Shown here piece by piece: positions 40,606 to 50,964 of a DNA stretch of 64,000 nt. The number at the start of each line of letters is the position of its first letter. The first letter of the stretch is position 1. The notes beneath the pieces were generated by a model. The model was given only the letters and a program-made list of their open reading frames with translations. It did no database searches and had not been told where the DNA came from. The stretch is from assembly GCA_964451495.1 (NCBI GenBank), contig CAYVHS010000005.1:8926-72925 (forward strand). The letters run 5' to 3'. Source of the stretch: an uncultured Bdellovibrionales bacterium. GTDB taxonomy: Bacteria > Patescibacteriota > Minisyncoccia > Moranbacterales > UBA1568. Made by a program: the position numbers and the translations under genes.

Positions 40606-41841
40606 CTATACCCTCCCGCGATCCGCCATGGCCTGTGCCACTCTTTTGAGGGCCAATGCATAAGCACCCATACGCATAATGGTGTTGTAGTGCTCCTTCT
40701 CTGACCAGACCGCATCAAACGCCGTCTCCATTTTTTCTTTGAGCTTGGCATTGACATCTGCTTCGGTCCAATAATAATTGGCTGCATTCTGTACCTGTTC
40801 GAAATACGAAACAGCTACGCCTCCGGCATTGGCCAAAATATCCGGCACCACGGTAACATCTCTTTTGATAAGTATATCTTCTGCTTCTGGTGTGATCGGA
40901 CCATTGGCAATCTCTACAATGAGCCGCGCCTTCACATCATGCGCGTTCCCCTTATGGATAGCATTTTCGAGAGCGGCTGGCACCAGAATATCCGCCGGGA
41001 CAGAAAGCACGGCTTCACTCGAAAGTTTTTCACATCCTATACATGTTTCTAGATCACCCGTGACACGCTTGTGCTCATCAATCTCTTTCACATTCAGTCC
41101 GCTACTGTGGTACACGGTCGATTTCGAATCCGCTATCGCTACTACGGTATAGCCAGCTTCTTCTAGCATCCGAGCGATATGTCCACCGCCATTACCAAAC
41201 CCCTGGATAGCCACCGTCGCGTTTTTCCTGAGATGCAGTTTGGCTGCTGCGCGCTCGAGCACATACAATGCCCCCTGAGCTGTCGCATACCCACGACCGA
41301 GCGACCCTCCGATAGAAAGCGGCTTGCCCGTGATCATACCTGGTGCCAACTGGCCGATGAGCATCTCATACTCATCGAGCATCCAACCCATGATACGCGG
41401 ATCTGTCGAAACATCCGGTGCAGGAATATCGAGATTCTTTCCGACGATGAAATGAATGGCTCGCATATACCCACGCGAAAGAGCTTCGAGTTCCCGATCA
41501 GAAAGAGTCTTGGGATCAACGACCACACCACCCTTGGCTCCTCCGAGAGGAATATCGATAACAGCGGTCTTCCATGTCATCCAGGCCGAAAGAGCCTTCA
41601 CTTCAAATCCTGTCACAGCGGGATGGAAACGAATACCTCCTTTGTAGGGCCCACGTGCCGCATTCCACTGCGAACGATACCCAACGAAAACCTTTGTTGT
41701 ACCATCATCCATTTTGACTGGTATGGACACTTCAATCACCCTCTCTGGAGAGAGGAGTCGCTCGAAGATATTGGGGTCGATTTTGAGAAACGTCTGCACC
41801 TCGTAAAGCTGCTGTCTCACTGACTCGAGAGGATTATTCAT
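40606..41841 (-). CDS. gdhA: Glu/Leu/Phe/Val dehydrogenase (glutamate dehydrogenase)
   Basis: GPYKGGIRFHP, GGAKGG, DIPAPD, QGFGN, ANGP, NAGGV. Confidence 0.9.
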   Translation of the reverse strand: MNNPLESVRQQLYEVQTFLKIDPNIFERLLSPERVIEVSIPVKMDDGTTKVFVGYRSQWNAARGPYKGGIRFHPAVTGFEVKALSAWMTWKTAVIDIPLGGAKGGVVVDPKTLSDRELEALSRGYMRAIHFIVGKNLDIPAPDVSTDPRIMGWMLDEYEMLIGQLAPGMITGKPLSIGGSLGRGYATAQGALYVLERAAAKLHLRKNATVAIQGFGNGGGHIARMLEEAGYTVVAIADSKSTVYHSSGLNVKEIDEHKRVTGDLETCIGCEKLSSEAVLSVPADILVPAALENAIHKGNAHDVKARLIVEIANGPITPEAEDILIKRDVTVVPDILANAGGVAVSYFEQVQNAANYYWTEADVNAKLKEKMETAFDAVWSEKEHYNTIMRMGAYALALKRVAQAMADRGRV

Positions 41842-42008
41842 ATGATTTTTTTATACGTTCAAGCGTCATAGCAACACTTGTTTTTTTATACCATATATAC
41901 CCTACCTGGGTATAGTATATACGGAAGACTCTTCTGTCAAGAGAACAAAAAACCGCTTAAAAAAGCGGCTAGTGGCAAAGAGTCTCTTTTGGTGATATAT
42001 TAGATACG

Positions 42009-42128
42009 AAAAGCCTTCAGAATGGAAAGCGAAAAATTGAGACCCACCTGGATTATCAGGGAAAAATGAAATTTTTTCCGTTACTCTTTTTCAAGGGACT
42101 CAGTCGCCCTCCTGCATTGAAGGCTTTT
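42009..42128. repeat. 120-nt structured intergenic element with 11-bp terminal inverted repeat
   Basis: AAAAGCCTTCA/TGAAGGCTTTT ends; inner pairs gcga/tcgc, tgag/ctca, cctg/cagg, gaaaaa/tttttc. Confidence 0.55.
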
Positions 42129-42146
42129 TGATTTTCCCAAGTCCAC

Positions 42147-42533
42147 CTACAGTACTTCACGGACATAGTCCACTGTTTTCTGAGGATCAGTCAGTGATTT
42201 GATGAGATAAAACCGAGTTTCGAATTTCCCAACTTCTCGAAACATCTCCTCGTTATCAATATTACTCAAGACAACCACCGGGATTGTAGAGAGACTTTTG
42301 TCATTGCTCAGTTCTTCTAGGACTTCGACACCGTTTTTCACGGGCATCTGGAGATCAAGCAGGATAATATCTGGTCGCTTCTCGCGGATCATTCGCATCC
42401 CTTCCTCGCCATCCCTCGCGCCCACGGCATCAAATCCCTCCAGACCAAACTTCATGATATATATTTCCCGAATATCATTATCATCATCGATGATACAGAC
42501 TCTTTTTTTTACCAAAACTTCTTCATTGCTCAT
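42147..42533 (-). CDS. Single-domain response regulator (CheY-like)
   Basis: IIDDD, PDIILLDLQMP, LSN, YLIK. Confidence 0.9.
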   Translation of the reverse strand: MSNEEVLVKKRVCIIDDDNDIREIYIMKFGLEGFDAVGARDGEEGMRMIREKRPDIILLDLQMPVKNGVEVLEELSNDKSLSTIPVVVLSNIDNEEMFREVGKFETRFYLIKSLTDPQKTVDYVREVL

Positions 42534-42610
42534 AGGGCAAAGATTGTCTTATTACTGTGTCACTATTGTAGCACGTCTCCATCCCGGTACCTCTCCAAGA
42601 CAACAATCCT

Positions 42611-43159
42611 TTATTCCCCATCAGTCTTGCGGATAGAATACCGGCACCCACAATACGTCTGCCGATATATCCCTCGCTGTTTCACCATCTGACGCGATTT
42701 CTCTTCACGACCTTTTTTCTTCCAGTCCTCTACATAATATACTCGGTCATACTGCTTGGCTGCTTCCTCGCCGAGCGGCGTGACAAATGCTGCTGGTTTG
42801 CGTCGCCCCATAGTGAGCGTCGTACTAAAAAGATTGATACCGAGACCCTTGGCAACCTCGGCCGTATAGGAAAGCCGCATGCCAATACACTGCTTGCAGC
42901 GCAGCCCGCCCTCGGGTTCATCTTCAAGCCCACGGGTTTTGTCTTCCCATTCCTTTGGATCATAATCCTGATCAAGCATCGGAATCTTCCATTCCTCACA
43001 CACGCGAATCACTTCCTGTTTGCGTTTCAGATATTCTTCCTCTGGAAAAATATTCGGATTATAGAACAAAACGGAGAGCGCATACTCGCTTTTCAGCTCA
43101 TCAATGACCGCGATACTGCACGGAGCGCAGCAAACGTGGAGGAGGAATTTTTCAGGCAT
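42611..43159 (-). CDS. queH: Epoxyqueuosine reductase QueH
   Basis: LLHVCCAPCS, YNPNI, RCKQC, YRQTYCGC. Confidence 0.92.
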   Translation of the reverse strand: MPEKFLLHVCCAPCSIAVIDELKSEYALSVLFYNPNIFPEEEYLKRKQEVIRVCEEWKIPMLDQDYDPKEWEDKTRGLEDEPEGGLRCKQCIGMRLSYTAEVAKGLGINLFSTTLTMGRRKPAAFVTPLGEEAAKQYDRVYYVEDWKKKGREEKSRQMVKQRGIYRQTYCGCRYSIRKTDGE

Positions 43160-43868
43160 GGTATTTCTTTTCCAGAAAATATTTCTTGTCTTCCGCGCTC
43201 ATTCGCTCGATAGCATACCGGAGCGCGGTTCGAGGCATCGTCGCCGCGTATCGCTCGAGAAATTCTTTCTCGCGCTCGATTGAACAACGCTTGCCGACCT
43301 CACGGAGCATCCAGCCGACAGCTTTGTGTATCAAATCGTGTGAATCATACACGAGTTTTTCCGCTACCGCGAGAGCTGGGTCAGGATTCCCCTTATATAT
43401 AGCATGAAAGGTCGCGATCATCGCGATCCGACGCTCCCATACTACTTCTGATTTTGCTAATCGAAAAAGAACAACGAAACCTTTTCCCTCCAGATGAGCG
43501 CCGACAATACGCTGGGCCGAAAGATCCACGAGATCCCAATTATTGATAGCACTTATATGCTCCAAATAGACCCGATATATTTTTTCTTTCTCCTGCTTGG
43601 TCCCCGTCCGATACCGCTCCGCCAAGATGAGCAAAGCCAACAGTCGCTCTTCGTGAAACGGAGAGTGAAGAATTTTAAGAACTATTTCAAGAGCAAGATT
43701 TTTATACTGCCTTGCGATAGCCCGAGTCTGCGGCACACTCACCCCAAGGAAGCGATCTCCCTCGGCATATTCGCCCCGCCCCGTTTTAAAAAAACGCGAG
43801 AGTACCTCTGCTTTCTCTGGACTCGCCACCCCACGCAATGCTTTTCGTATCTCAGGTATCGTTTCCAT
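43152..43868 (-). CDS. DNA alkylation repair protein (AlkD family)
   Basis: FFKTGRGEY, NNWDLVD, WERR, HKAVGWMLRE, LRYAIE. Confidence 0.9.
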   Translation of the reverse strand: METIPEIRKALRGVASPEKAEVLSRFFKTGRGEYAEGDRFLGVSVPQTRAIARQYKNLALEIVLKILHSPFHEERLLALLILAERYRTGTKQEKEKIYRVYLEHISAINNWDLVDLSAQRIVGAHLEGKGFVVLFRLAKSEVVWERRIAMIATFHAIYKGNPDPALAVAEKLVYDSHDLIHKAVGWMLREVGKRCSIEREKEFLERYAATMPRTALRYAIERMSAEDKKYFLEKKYHA

Positions 43869-43905
43869 ACCACAATAATCACAAAAAGGAATTATTCACA
43901 ACGGA

Positions 43906-44346
43906 TTATCCTTGAAAATCACGATCATGTTCGAAGCGTGCCCGCCATGCGAAAAAATTCACAAAAATATATAGGATAACGGAAACAAAAAAGAGTGCTC
44001 GGCTCTGTTCTTGGCCCATCAGCCTGATATCAATGACCGCAAATACGGCAGTGAAAGCAATAAGTGGCAAAAGAACGTCTACCCAGGCATTGCCTGGCGC
44101 CTCACTCAAACGGAAATACTTCTCGAGCAACTCCCAGAGCATGGCAAGTACAAAAGTGATAAAAAACGAAAGCATTACCGGCAAAGAAAACACGATAACA
44201 GCGAGAGCAGCCACAATACCGGACAGAAAATGTGGCACCGACCACGGATCGATGAGCTTATCAAGATTGATCAATTTTTTCCCTTTCTTGCTTCGGATAG
44301 TTCTCATAGACTGAACATGCGTACGGATTGTGATGATGTATTCCAA
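43906..44346 (-). CDS. Hypothetical membrane protein
   Basis: DPWSVPHFLSG...WELLE...N.WVD; four TMs. Confidence 0.65.
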   Translation of the reverse strand: MEYIITIRTHVQSMRTIRSKKGKKLINLDKLIDPWSVPHFLSGIVAALAVIVFSLPVMLSFFITFVLAMLWELLEKYFRLSEAPGNAWVDVLLPLIAFTAVFAVIDIRLMGQEQSRALFFVSVILYIFVNFFAWRARFEHDRDFQG

Positions 44347-44382
44347 CCTGTCTAGTATACACTATAACCCAGAAAGACTCTG

Positions 44383-44649
44383 CTATTTTCGGAGGACCCT
44401 TTTCTTCCACCAGCTCGGATATTCACCATAGCGGAAACAGAACAAATCAAACACTGTCATGAGCGCTATCGCCCAGGGAGCAAAGCCGATGATCGTATCA
44501 GAAACCGAATGCGACCGGCTATCAATAAAGGAAAACAACAGTCCGCCAATACCGAGAAGTACGAACGTTACAGCCCAGCCTCTTCGAGAAGCTGGATAAT
44601 AAAAAGCGAAACATCTCCAAAACTTTTTCGGTCTGAACCAGTATTTCAC
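44383..44649 (-). CDS. Small two-TM membrane protein
   Basis: YWFRPK...YPASRRGW, then two TMs around SHSVSDT. Confidence 0.65.
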   Translation of the reverse strand: MKYWFRPKKFWRCFAFYYPASRRGWAVTFVLLGIGGLLFSFIDSRSHSVSDTIIGFAPWAIALMTVFDLFCFRYGEYPSWWKKRVLRK

Positions 44650-45203
44650 AATGAAAATCTAATAGGAATAAGTATCTTAGCATCGTTCTCGGGCAATCCG
44701 GAAGGATTATCTCGAGAAAGAATAATCGATCCCGACAAAACCGGCGACTCAGAAATATTAATTGTAGCCTCAAACGGTACGAAATCATCCGTCATCCAAT
44801 CCCCCGTGGCCTGCGCCACGCCACTCCCAAGTATCATTCCATTATCACCGACGATAGTGATAGGAAAGCTCGCTTCAAAGAACCATCTACCCCTCGCCTC
44901 ACCAGTAATCATCACGGGATTTTTGATGACTGCCTCAGGAAGAGGCGATGTCACACGAATATCTTCATTCATCTGAGCGATATCCGGACAGGCCGAAAAC
45001 TCACACCGAGGGCCACTCCGTCCTACAGTCGAACCATCCGGACATAATTTTGCCTCCATCGTACACCCCACTTCTTGCGGCCAATTCACTCCTGGTATCC
45101 TATCGCCACCATTCGTAAAATTGAATCGATACACTCCCGCCAGAAGAACCAAGACTGTCACGGCGCCAATCACAGCGAGAATCCCGATGATGATATTTTT
45201 CAT
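44646..45203 (-). CDS. Membrane-anchored protein with Cys-rich motif and Gmad2-like Ig domain
   Basis: TM; CTMEAKLCPDGSTVGRSGPRCEFSACP; TGEARGRWFFEASFP...DNPSGLPEN. Confidence 0.75.
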   Translation of the reverse strand: MKNIIIGILAVIGAVTVLVLLAGVYRFNFTNGGDRIPGVNWPQEVGCTMEAKLCPDGSTVGRSGPRCEFSACPDIAQMNEDIRVTSPLPEAVIKNPVMITGEARGRWFFEASFPITIVGDNGMILGSGVAQATGDWMTDDFVPFEATINISESPVLSGSIILSRDNPSGLPENDAKILIPIRFSL

Positions 45204-45363
45204 ACTTTTTTCCGCTTCATCTTTATACAGAAAGTATACTCTCCTTTGCCTCAAAAAACACCCTAGGGACAACACCTTGACAATAAACTCCACTGCGCTA
45301 CAATGCCTTCTGTCTTAATTTAGACAGGAATTTCTTTGACAATACAAAAGAGAGGAAAAAATC

Positions 45364-45762
45364 ATGAAATGCGCATCTAAAGTAACGCCCCGCAAGCCCA
45401 TTTTCAAGGCGGATGACATGAACGGCAACATCGCTCGCTTACTGGTGTATCTTGGCTTCGAAGAGGAATCAGATGTGCCTGTCAGACAATTCATCGTTAC
45501 ATGCGATGGCGGATTACCAGAAGCAACCCGCGTACAACAAGGGAAATACAGATCCGCTCTGTTACTGTATTACTTGGCCAGCATGACTGCCTATGAAGAC
45601 GATAATCCGATGTTTACGCTCACCTCAAAAATGCGGAAGGTAATCGAAAACTTTTTTGGTCATGAGTTATGCCGACAAGCCATGACTGATCCCGATACCA
45701 TCCATCAGACCATCAAAAAACTCCTCCTCGGCAAAAAAGTAACAGTACGACTCCTCGCATAA
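45364..45762 (+). CDS. Hypothetical orphan protein
   Basis: 132 aa; TTGACA-N16-TACAAT at 45277-45304; SD; terminator ~45824-45868. Confidence 0.65.
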   Translation: MKCASKVTPRKPIFKADDMNGNIARLLVYLGFEEESDVPVRQFIVTCDGGLPEATRVQQGKYRSALLLYYLASMTAYEDDNPMFTLTSKMRKVIENFFGHELCRQAMTDPDTIHQTIKKLLLGKKVTVRLLA

Positions 45763-45957
45763 CAAAGGATGACGCCTCAAGTTATCCTTGTACGAAATAA
45801 GACATACATTCTGTGTCATCAAGAAAAATTGCCCAGCCTGTCAATGACGCGCTGGGCTTTCTTTTTTTCTATTCCAACTACGCATCTTCTTCGTCCCAAA
45901 CCACTTATTCCCGAACTAGCCACTAAGCAATCAAAATAAGGCTTTATAGAAGGATAG

Positions 45958-45986
45958 TTGACTTTACTGGTTTTTCATGCTACAAT
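45958..45986 (+). promoter_or_regulatory. Sigma70 promoter of the cold-shock gene
   Basis: TTGACT-N17-TACAAT with extended TGn. Confidence 0.8.
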
Positions 45987-46052
45987 CAGCCTTGCAACTA
46001 ATGCAAGAAGAAGTGTAGTCGGACTTTCTCCAAAACCCCAAGAAGCAAAACT

Positions 46053-46250
46053 ATGACCGGAACAATCAAGACGCTCACGGATCGCGGATTTGGATTCATC
46101 TCTCGCGATGGCGAAGAGAAGGATCTTTTTTTCCACTCCAAAGAGCTCTCTGGCGTTACCTTCGATGAGCTCAAAGTTGGCGATGTCGTCACCTTTGAAG
46201 TAACCGATGGCCAGAAGGGTCCTGCAGCAACCAACGTATCTCGCGCATAA
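46053..46250 (+). CDS. Cold-shock protein
   Basis: RGFGFI (RNP1), LFFH (RNP2), GQKGPAATNV. Confidence 0.95.
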   Translation: MTGTIKTLTDRGFGFISRDGEEKDLFFHSKELSGVTFDELKVGDVVTFEVTDGQKGPAATNVSRA

Positions 46251-46269
46251 TTGCACAGTTACGCTGATC

Positions 46270-46297
46270 AAAAAACCACCTCTCGAGGTGGTTTTTT
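46270..46297. terminator. Bidirectional intrinsic terminator
   Basis: AAAAAACCACCTC-TC-GAGGTGGTTTTTT perfect hairpin. Confidence 0.85.
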
Positions 46298-46374
46298 GTT
46301 GTATGAATAAAAAAAGCCTCGTGTGCATATGCGAATGCAAACGAGGGTTTCAAAAAATAACCCTACATCACCAA

Positions 46375-46926
46375 TCATATCCATGAAATGATTCCTTTTT
46401 CATCAATGGAAAACTTCTTGGCGCTCTTAATCAATTCAACAAGAGAATCAGGGTAAAATCCTTCATCCGTAGAAATTTCTTGCTGAAGTCGCGACTGGAG
46501 ATCAGAATCACTCTTCCACCCTTCCGGCAGGCAAATGACATTGATGAGCTGCACGTCAGCATTGCCAGCCTTGGCGATTTCCGAGAGATGACGCTCCATC
46601 AATTCGAAAACTGAAAGAGCCTTTTTGGTACGAATGACTTTTGGCGGAACGGGATCATAGAAAGAATCAGCTTCATCGGTCTTCCTGGCGAACCAATGAA
46701 TTTTTTTCTTTGTCTGTTCTTCTTCGTCAAACTGATTGTTATACGCGATACAGGCTTGGCGAAAACGCTCATACTGCGAAGGCTCCACTTCTACAACAAA
46801 GCCAAGCTCATCGCCATATCCATGCAACGTGATTTTGCCAAAAATATATGTCTCCGCGCCAGAACAGAGAGTCTTCAGGCGCTCGGCACATTTCATTGCT
46901 TGATCCAAAGTACAAATATTGGTCAT
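46375..46926 (-). CDS. Orphan protein with degenerate nucleotidyltransferase-like pattern (paralogue of 56064-56579)
   Basis: YIFGK...DELGFVVEV...YERF...VICLPEGW; own promoter, SD and terminator. Confidence 0.6.
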   Translation of the reverse strand: MTNICTLDQAMKCAERLKTLCSGAETYIFGKITLHGYGDELGFVVEVEPSQYERFRQACIAYNNQFDEEEQTKKKIHWFARKTDEADSFYDPVPPKVIRTKKALSVFELMERHLSEIAKAGNADVQLINVICLPEGWKSDSDLQSRLQQEISTDEGFYPDSLVELIKSAKKFSIDEKGIISWI

Positions 46927-47047
46927 GATTACACACTCCTTGTTTTGTTAAACGACAGATAAGATTCCATATCGAATCTCGCGAGAAAGCACCCTCAGTA
47001 TACAAAATACCCCATAAAAAACAAGGGGTAATGCATCGACCCCTCTA

Positions 47048-48847
47048 TCACTCCTCTCTGTCATCATCCAAAAGTACATCCCCAAACGATGATGTCTGAC
47101 GAGTCCAGAAGCCCGCGTAGATTCCCTCCTGATCAATCAATTCGGCATGCGTCCCCTCTTCGGCTAGTTGCCCATCCTCGAGTACGACGATACGGTCCAT
47201 CTCGCGTACCGTACTCAATCGATGCGCGATAACGATAGTGGTCCGCCCCTGCATCAATTCATGAAGTGCTTCTTGAATATGATGTTCGCTCGTCGTATCG
47301 AGAGCGCTGGTCGCTTCGTCGAGGACGAGGATGGGCGCATCTTTGAGTATCGCCCGAGCGATAGCCACGCGCTGCCGCTCGCCACCTGAGAGCTTCACTC
47401 CCCGCTCTCCTACGAGCGTTTCGTATCCATGTGGAAGACTCATGATGAAATCATGAGCGTGCGCTTTCTTGGCAGCCTCCTCTATAGCCTCGAGTGAACT
47501 CTCTGGCCGGCCATACGCAATGTTTTCAGCGATAGTCCGATGAAAAAGAGCGGTATCTTGGGGCACATATGCGATGAGGCGACGGAGTTCTTGGGGTGCA
47601 AGCTGCATGATATCCTGCCCGGCTACTGAGACTATCCCCTGATTCGGCACAACAAATCGAAGCAGAAGCTTGGTGAGTGTACTCTTGCCCGAACCAGAAA
47701 CTCCGACGAGACCAACTTTTTCACCCGCCTTGATATGGAGAGAAAAATCATCAAACACACGGCTACTCTGAGGGTACCGAAAAGTAATGTGATCAAACAA
47801 AACTGCGCCGCCAACTGGCTTGGTGTCTGCCGAAGGAAGAGTCATGTCCAATATCTCTCCATCAGTGCGTTCGAGAGTCTCTATCATTTCCGAAGCATCG
47901 GCGACACTTTTCATCAACCGACCAAACGCTCGCCCGAGACCAAATAGCTCGCTAAATATTGATCCGATATAGACCTGCACAAGGACGACCGTCCCCGTAC
48001 TCACGCTCCCTGCAATCCACAAACGAATCACAACGTACATAGCCACAATCTCGAGTACACCAAACATAATCGTCTGGATGGCGATGAGAATATTATTGAA
48101 ACGCCAGGTTTGCCATCTCGCCTGCTCATCCCTCTCAGCCACGAGAGAAAAAGATTCGATCTCACGCTGCTCGGATGCAAATGTCTTGACCGAAAAAATA
48201 TTCGAGAGTGTATCGGAAAGGCTCGCTGTGATAGCAGAATCTTGTGTAGCACTCTCTTTGTCATAAGGAAGCTTCTTCTTGGTAATCCAAATAGCGATAC
48301 TGATGTAGAGAGGAATCCAGACAAGAAAAATGACAGCGAGCATCGGCTTGATCCAGAGCAGTGATCCGATCACGCCAGCCAGATGGATGAACGGCATCCA
48401 AAAATTAAAAACAAGGCTATCGATGATATCTTCGAGTGTCCGTGTATACCTCCTCGCCTGCGCTACGAGACTGCCCGAAAAACGATCTATAAAAAAGCCA
48501 TGCCCTTGCCGCATGAATGCCCGAAAGGAACGATTATTCAAGTCCTCCATCGTCTTGCTCTCGGCGTACCCGATACAAACATCCCCCGTTCGATACATCG
48601 ACTGATACGCAACAATAACAGCTACTAACATCCAAAGACTGTGAAACAAATCACCGGCCAACACTGCCCGATCCGTCGCACCAGAAATCGTATCGATAAT
48701 ATGCCGATAGACGAGTGGTGACAGTATGCCACTCGTAAACGAAGCTAGTCCGTATGCTAGCAGCATACCCAAATACACCCACCGAAAGCGACGGATGGAT
48801 ACGCTGTATGATTTCAAAACCTGAAAAATAGATGATTGTTTGGGCAT
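47048..48847 (-). CDS. ABC exporter, fused permease/ATPase
   Basis: Six TMs; [33 protein letters not shown]. Confidence 0.95.
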   Translation of the reverse strand: MPKQSSIFQVLKSYSVSIRRFRWVYLGMLLAYGLASFTSGILSPLVYRHIIDTISGATDRAVLAGDLFHSLWMLVAVIVAYQSMYRTGDVCIGYAESKTMEDLNNRSFRAFMRQGHGFFIDRFSGSLVAQARRYTRTLEDIIDSLVFNFWMPFIHLAGVIGSLLWIKPMLAVIFLVWIPLYISIAIWITKKKLPYDKESATQDSAITASLSDTLSNIFSVKTFASEQREIESFSLVAERDEQARWQTWRFNNILIAIQTIMFGVLEIVAMYVVIRLWIAGSVSTGTVVLVQVYIGSIFSELFGLGRAFGRLMKSVADASEMIETLERTDGEILDMTLPSADTKPVGGAVLFDHITFRYPQSSRVFDDFSLHIKAGEKVGLVGVSGSGKSTLTKLLLRFVVPNQGIVSVAGQDIMQLAPQELRRLIAYVPQDTALFHRTIAENIAYGRPESSLEAIEEAAKKAHAHDFIMSLPHGYETLVGERGVKLSGGERQRVAIARAILKDAPILVLDEATSALDTTSEHHIQEALHELMQGRTTIVIAHRLSTVREMDRIVVLEDGQLAEEGTHAELIDQEGIYAGFWTRQTSSFGDVLLDDDREE

Positions 48848-48891
48848 ATTCCTGAGTCAAAGGCCATATCAGGATACCAGAAGTGGCGTAT

Positions 48892-49617
48892 TCACGCCAT
48901 AGGCACATCCAACAGGAGCACCTCTGTTCCAGCCAATACCTCTATCAAAACCTCATCAGTACCCCAGATACCACACCCATCACGCAAGCCGAGAGTCTCA
49001 CCCGCGACGCTCACCTGTCCCAAGATGACAAAAATATACAATCCATTGCCTCTGCGCTTCATGGTATATGCGACCTTTTCATTGCGTTCAAACACCCCGA
49101 GCGAAAGCCAGGCATCTTGATGGATCCACAGTGCGTTTGTGGGGTGAGGCGAAACGATTTCTTGGAGAATATTTTTGTGCTCGCGCCAATGAAGCGTCAC
49201 CTGATCATACCGCGGTGCCACGCCCTGCTCGCGTGGTCCTATCCAAATCTGGAGAAACTGCCCTGCTTCCGTCTCGCTCGCGTTGTATTCACTGTGGAGC
49301 ACACCCGTTCCCGCGCTCATCACCTGGACATCGCCCGCCCCTATGATAGCCACATGCCCCATATCGTCCTCGTGCTGTATCGCACCGACAAGGGGTATAC
49401 TCACGATTTCCATATTCTGATGTGGGTGCATCCCAAACCCCGACCCACCGGCAATGATATCATCATTTATGACACGCAAAACACCAAAACCCATACGCTC
49501 AGGGTCATAATACTCAGCGAAACTGAACGAAAAACGCGACTTGAGCCAACCATGATCAGCATAGCCTCGTGTATCCGCTCGATGTACTACTGTTTTTGGA
49601 TGTGCTACTGATTCCAT
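48892..49617 (-). CDS. Pirin family protein (YhhW-like)
   Basis: HGWLKSRFSFSFA, GFGMHPHQNME, MSAGTGVLHSE, LQIWI. Confidence 0.93.
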   Translation of the reverse strand: MESVAHPKTVVHRADTRGYADHGWLKSRFSFSFAEYYDPERMGFGVLRVINDDIIAGGSGFGMHPHQNMEIVSIPLVGAIQHEDDMGHVAIIGAGDVQVMSAGTGVLHSEYNASETEAGQFLQIWIGPREQGVAPRYDQVTLHWREHKNILQEIVSPHPTNALWIHQDAWLSLGVFERNEKVAYTMKRRGNGLYIFVILGQVSVAGETLGLRDGCGIWGTDEVLIEVLAGTEVLLLDVPMA

Positions 49618-49629
49618 ACTAGGAGCACG

Positions 49630-50031
49630 CTATTCGGTCGTCTCGCCATCAAATTCTTCCTCACTCGCTTGCGCCTCACCACGAGTCTTGTGAACAACAC
49701 CATCCTTGTGGTGCGGCGGAGCATAGAGAGTATAGAGTTTGAGTGATTCAGTATCTGACGTATTGATGACGTTGTGCCTCGATCCCATAGGCACGATGAC
49801 CGCGTCGCCGTCCCCGACACTATATTCCGTCTCATCGATGATGACTTTGCCCTCGCCGCTTTCGAAACGGAAAAATTGGTCTCCTCCATCGTGTACTTCG
49901 AGGCCGATTTCCTCGCCCGGCAAAAGCGACATGAGCACCAACTGACAATCAGCGGCTGTATAAAGCACCTGACGAAAATTCGCATTCTCGATCGTCAACT
50001 TCTCGATGTTCCCCTTGTAGCCTTTTTTCAT
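49630..50031 (-). CDS. Cupin-domain protein
   Basis: NFRQVLYT, EIGLEVH..DQFF, HNVIN, YAPPHH. Confidence 0.88.
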   Translation of the reverse strand: MKKGYKGNIEKLTIENANFRQVLYTAADCQLVLMSLLPGEEIGLEVHDGGDQFFRFESGEGKVIIDETEYSVGDGDAVIVPMGSRHNVINTSDTESLKLYTLYAPPHHKDGVVHKTRGEAQASEEEFDGETTE

Positions 50032-50108
50032 AGCAGTATACCGCTTAATGGATTACTTCTGCTTATACCCTGCATGTAGTACATACGAAAGCGTAAAAGC
50101 ATACATAC

Positions 50109-50864
50109 TCAGAAAAGCGAAGCGTCCTTTTTCGGATTGAGGTAGTAATCGAGCGTATAAATCCAGTTCTCATCATCCTCGCCACCCTGCTCCCTCGTCA
50201 TGATTTTCTGATTGAAAAGCCAGGTCAGATAGTCAGCATCTTCATCGGCTACCTTCTTCACATCCATGCCGATGTATTTCCCAAAATTAAATTTCCTCAT
50301 GAGAATGGGTCGAGCAGAAATCTCTATCATCTTCTGAAGTGTCGCCTCCTGGTCGCCGGAAGACTGTGCGAGCATCTGCTCGAAATGAAAATCGAAAAGT
50401 TTCTCAAGCACTCGAACATCCCCTAGGGCATCATGCGCCACCGCTTCGCCCACTTCGAGATGATGATAGTAGCGCAAATACTGCAGGCTATGTTTGGGGA
50501 TCGCCGACATCTCATCGAGAAAATGCGAGAGTTTAAACGTATCGATACTCGCCTTGACCGTGATGCCCTCACGATGGAGCATCTCGGCATCAAAGGGAGC
50601 ATTGTGGGCCACCAGGATACCGCCAGACGCAAAAATCTTTTCGAGGTCCTGATACATCTGCGAACCCCTAAACGGCTCGCAGCTCTCGACTGTCTTGTCC
50701 GTGATATGTGTGACCACCATCGCGTCTATCGTCATCGCAAGCGGCGGCTTGAACAAACCCTTCGCTTCCTGACCTTGGTAGACATAGGCCACCTGGCACA
50801 GCCGGTCTTCGGGTCCTACTCCCGTCGTTTCGGTATCGAGAAATATCAGATCAGTTTTCTGCAT
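50109..50864 (-). CDS. DnaQ/DEDDh 3'-5' exonuclease (ExoX-like)
   Basis: LDTETTG, VAHNAPFD, AHDALGD, FGKY...YLTW. Confidence 0.88.
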   Translation of the reverse strand: MQKTDLIFLDTETTGVGPEDRLCQVAYVYQGQEAKGLFKPPLAMTIDAMVVTHITDKTVESCEPFRGSQMYQDLEKIFASGGILVAHNAPFDAEMLHREGITVKASIDTFKLSHFLDEMSAIPKHSLQYLRYYHHLEVGEAVAHDALGDVRVLEKLFDFHFEQMLAQSSGDQEATLQKMIEISARPILMRKFNFGKYIGMDVKKVADEDADYLTWLFNQKIMTREQGGEDDENWIYTLDYYLNPKKDASLF

Positions 50865-50964
50865 AGTATACATATATTTATGAGATGACCTCTCTATTCT
50901 ACACCATAAAAAAAGAGCGGGGTAATCGATGATCACACCCGCCTTTTTGTGACTACTTGCGCAG

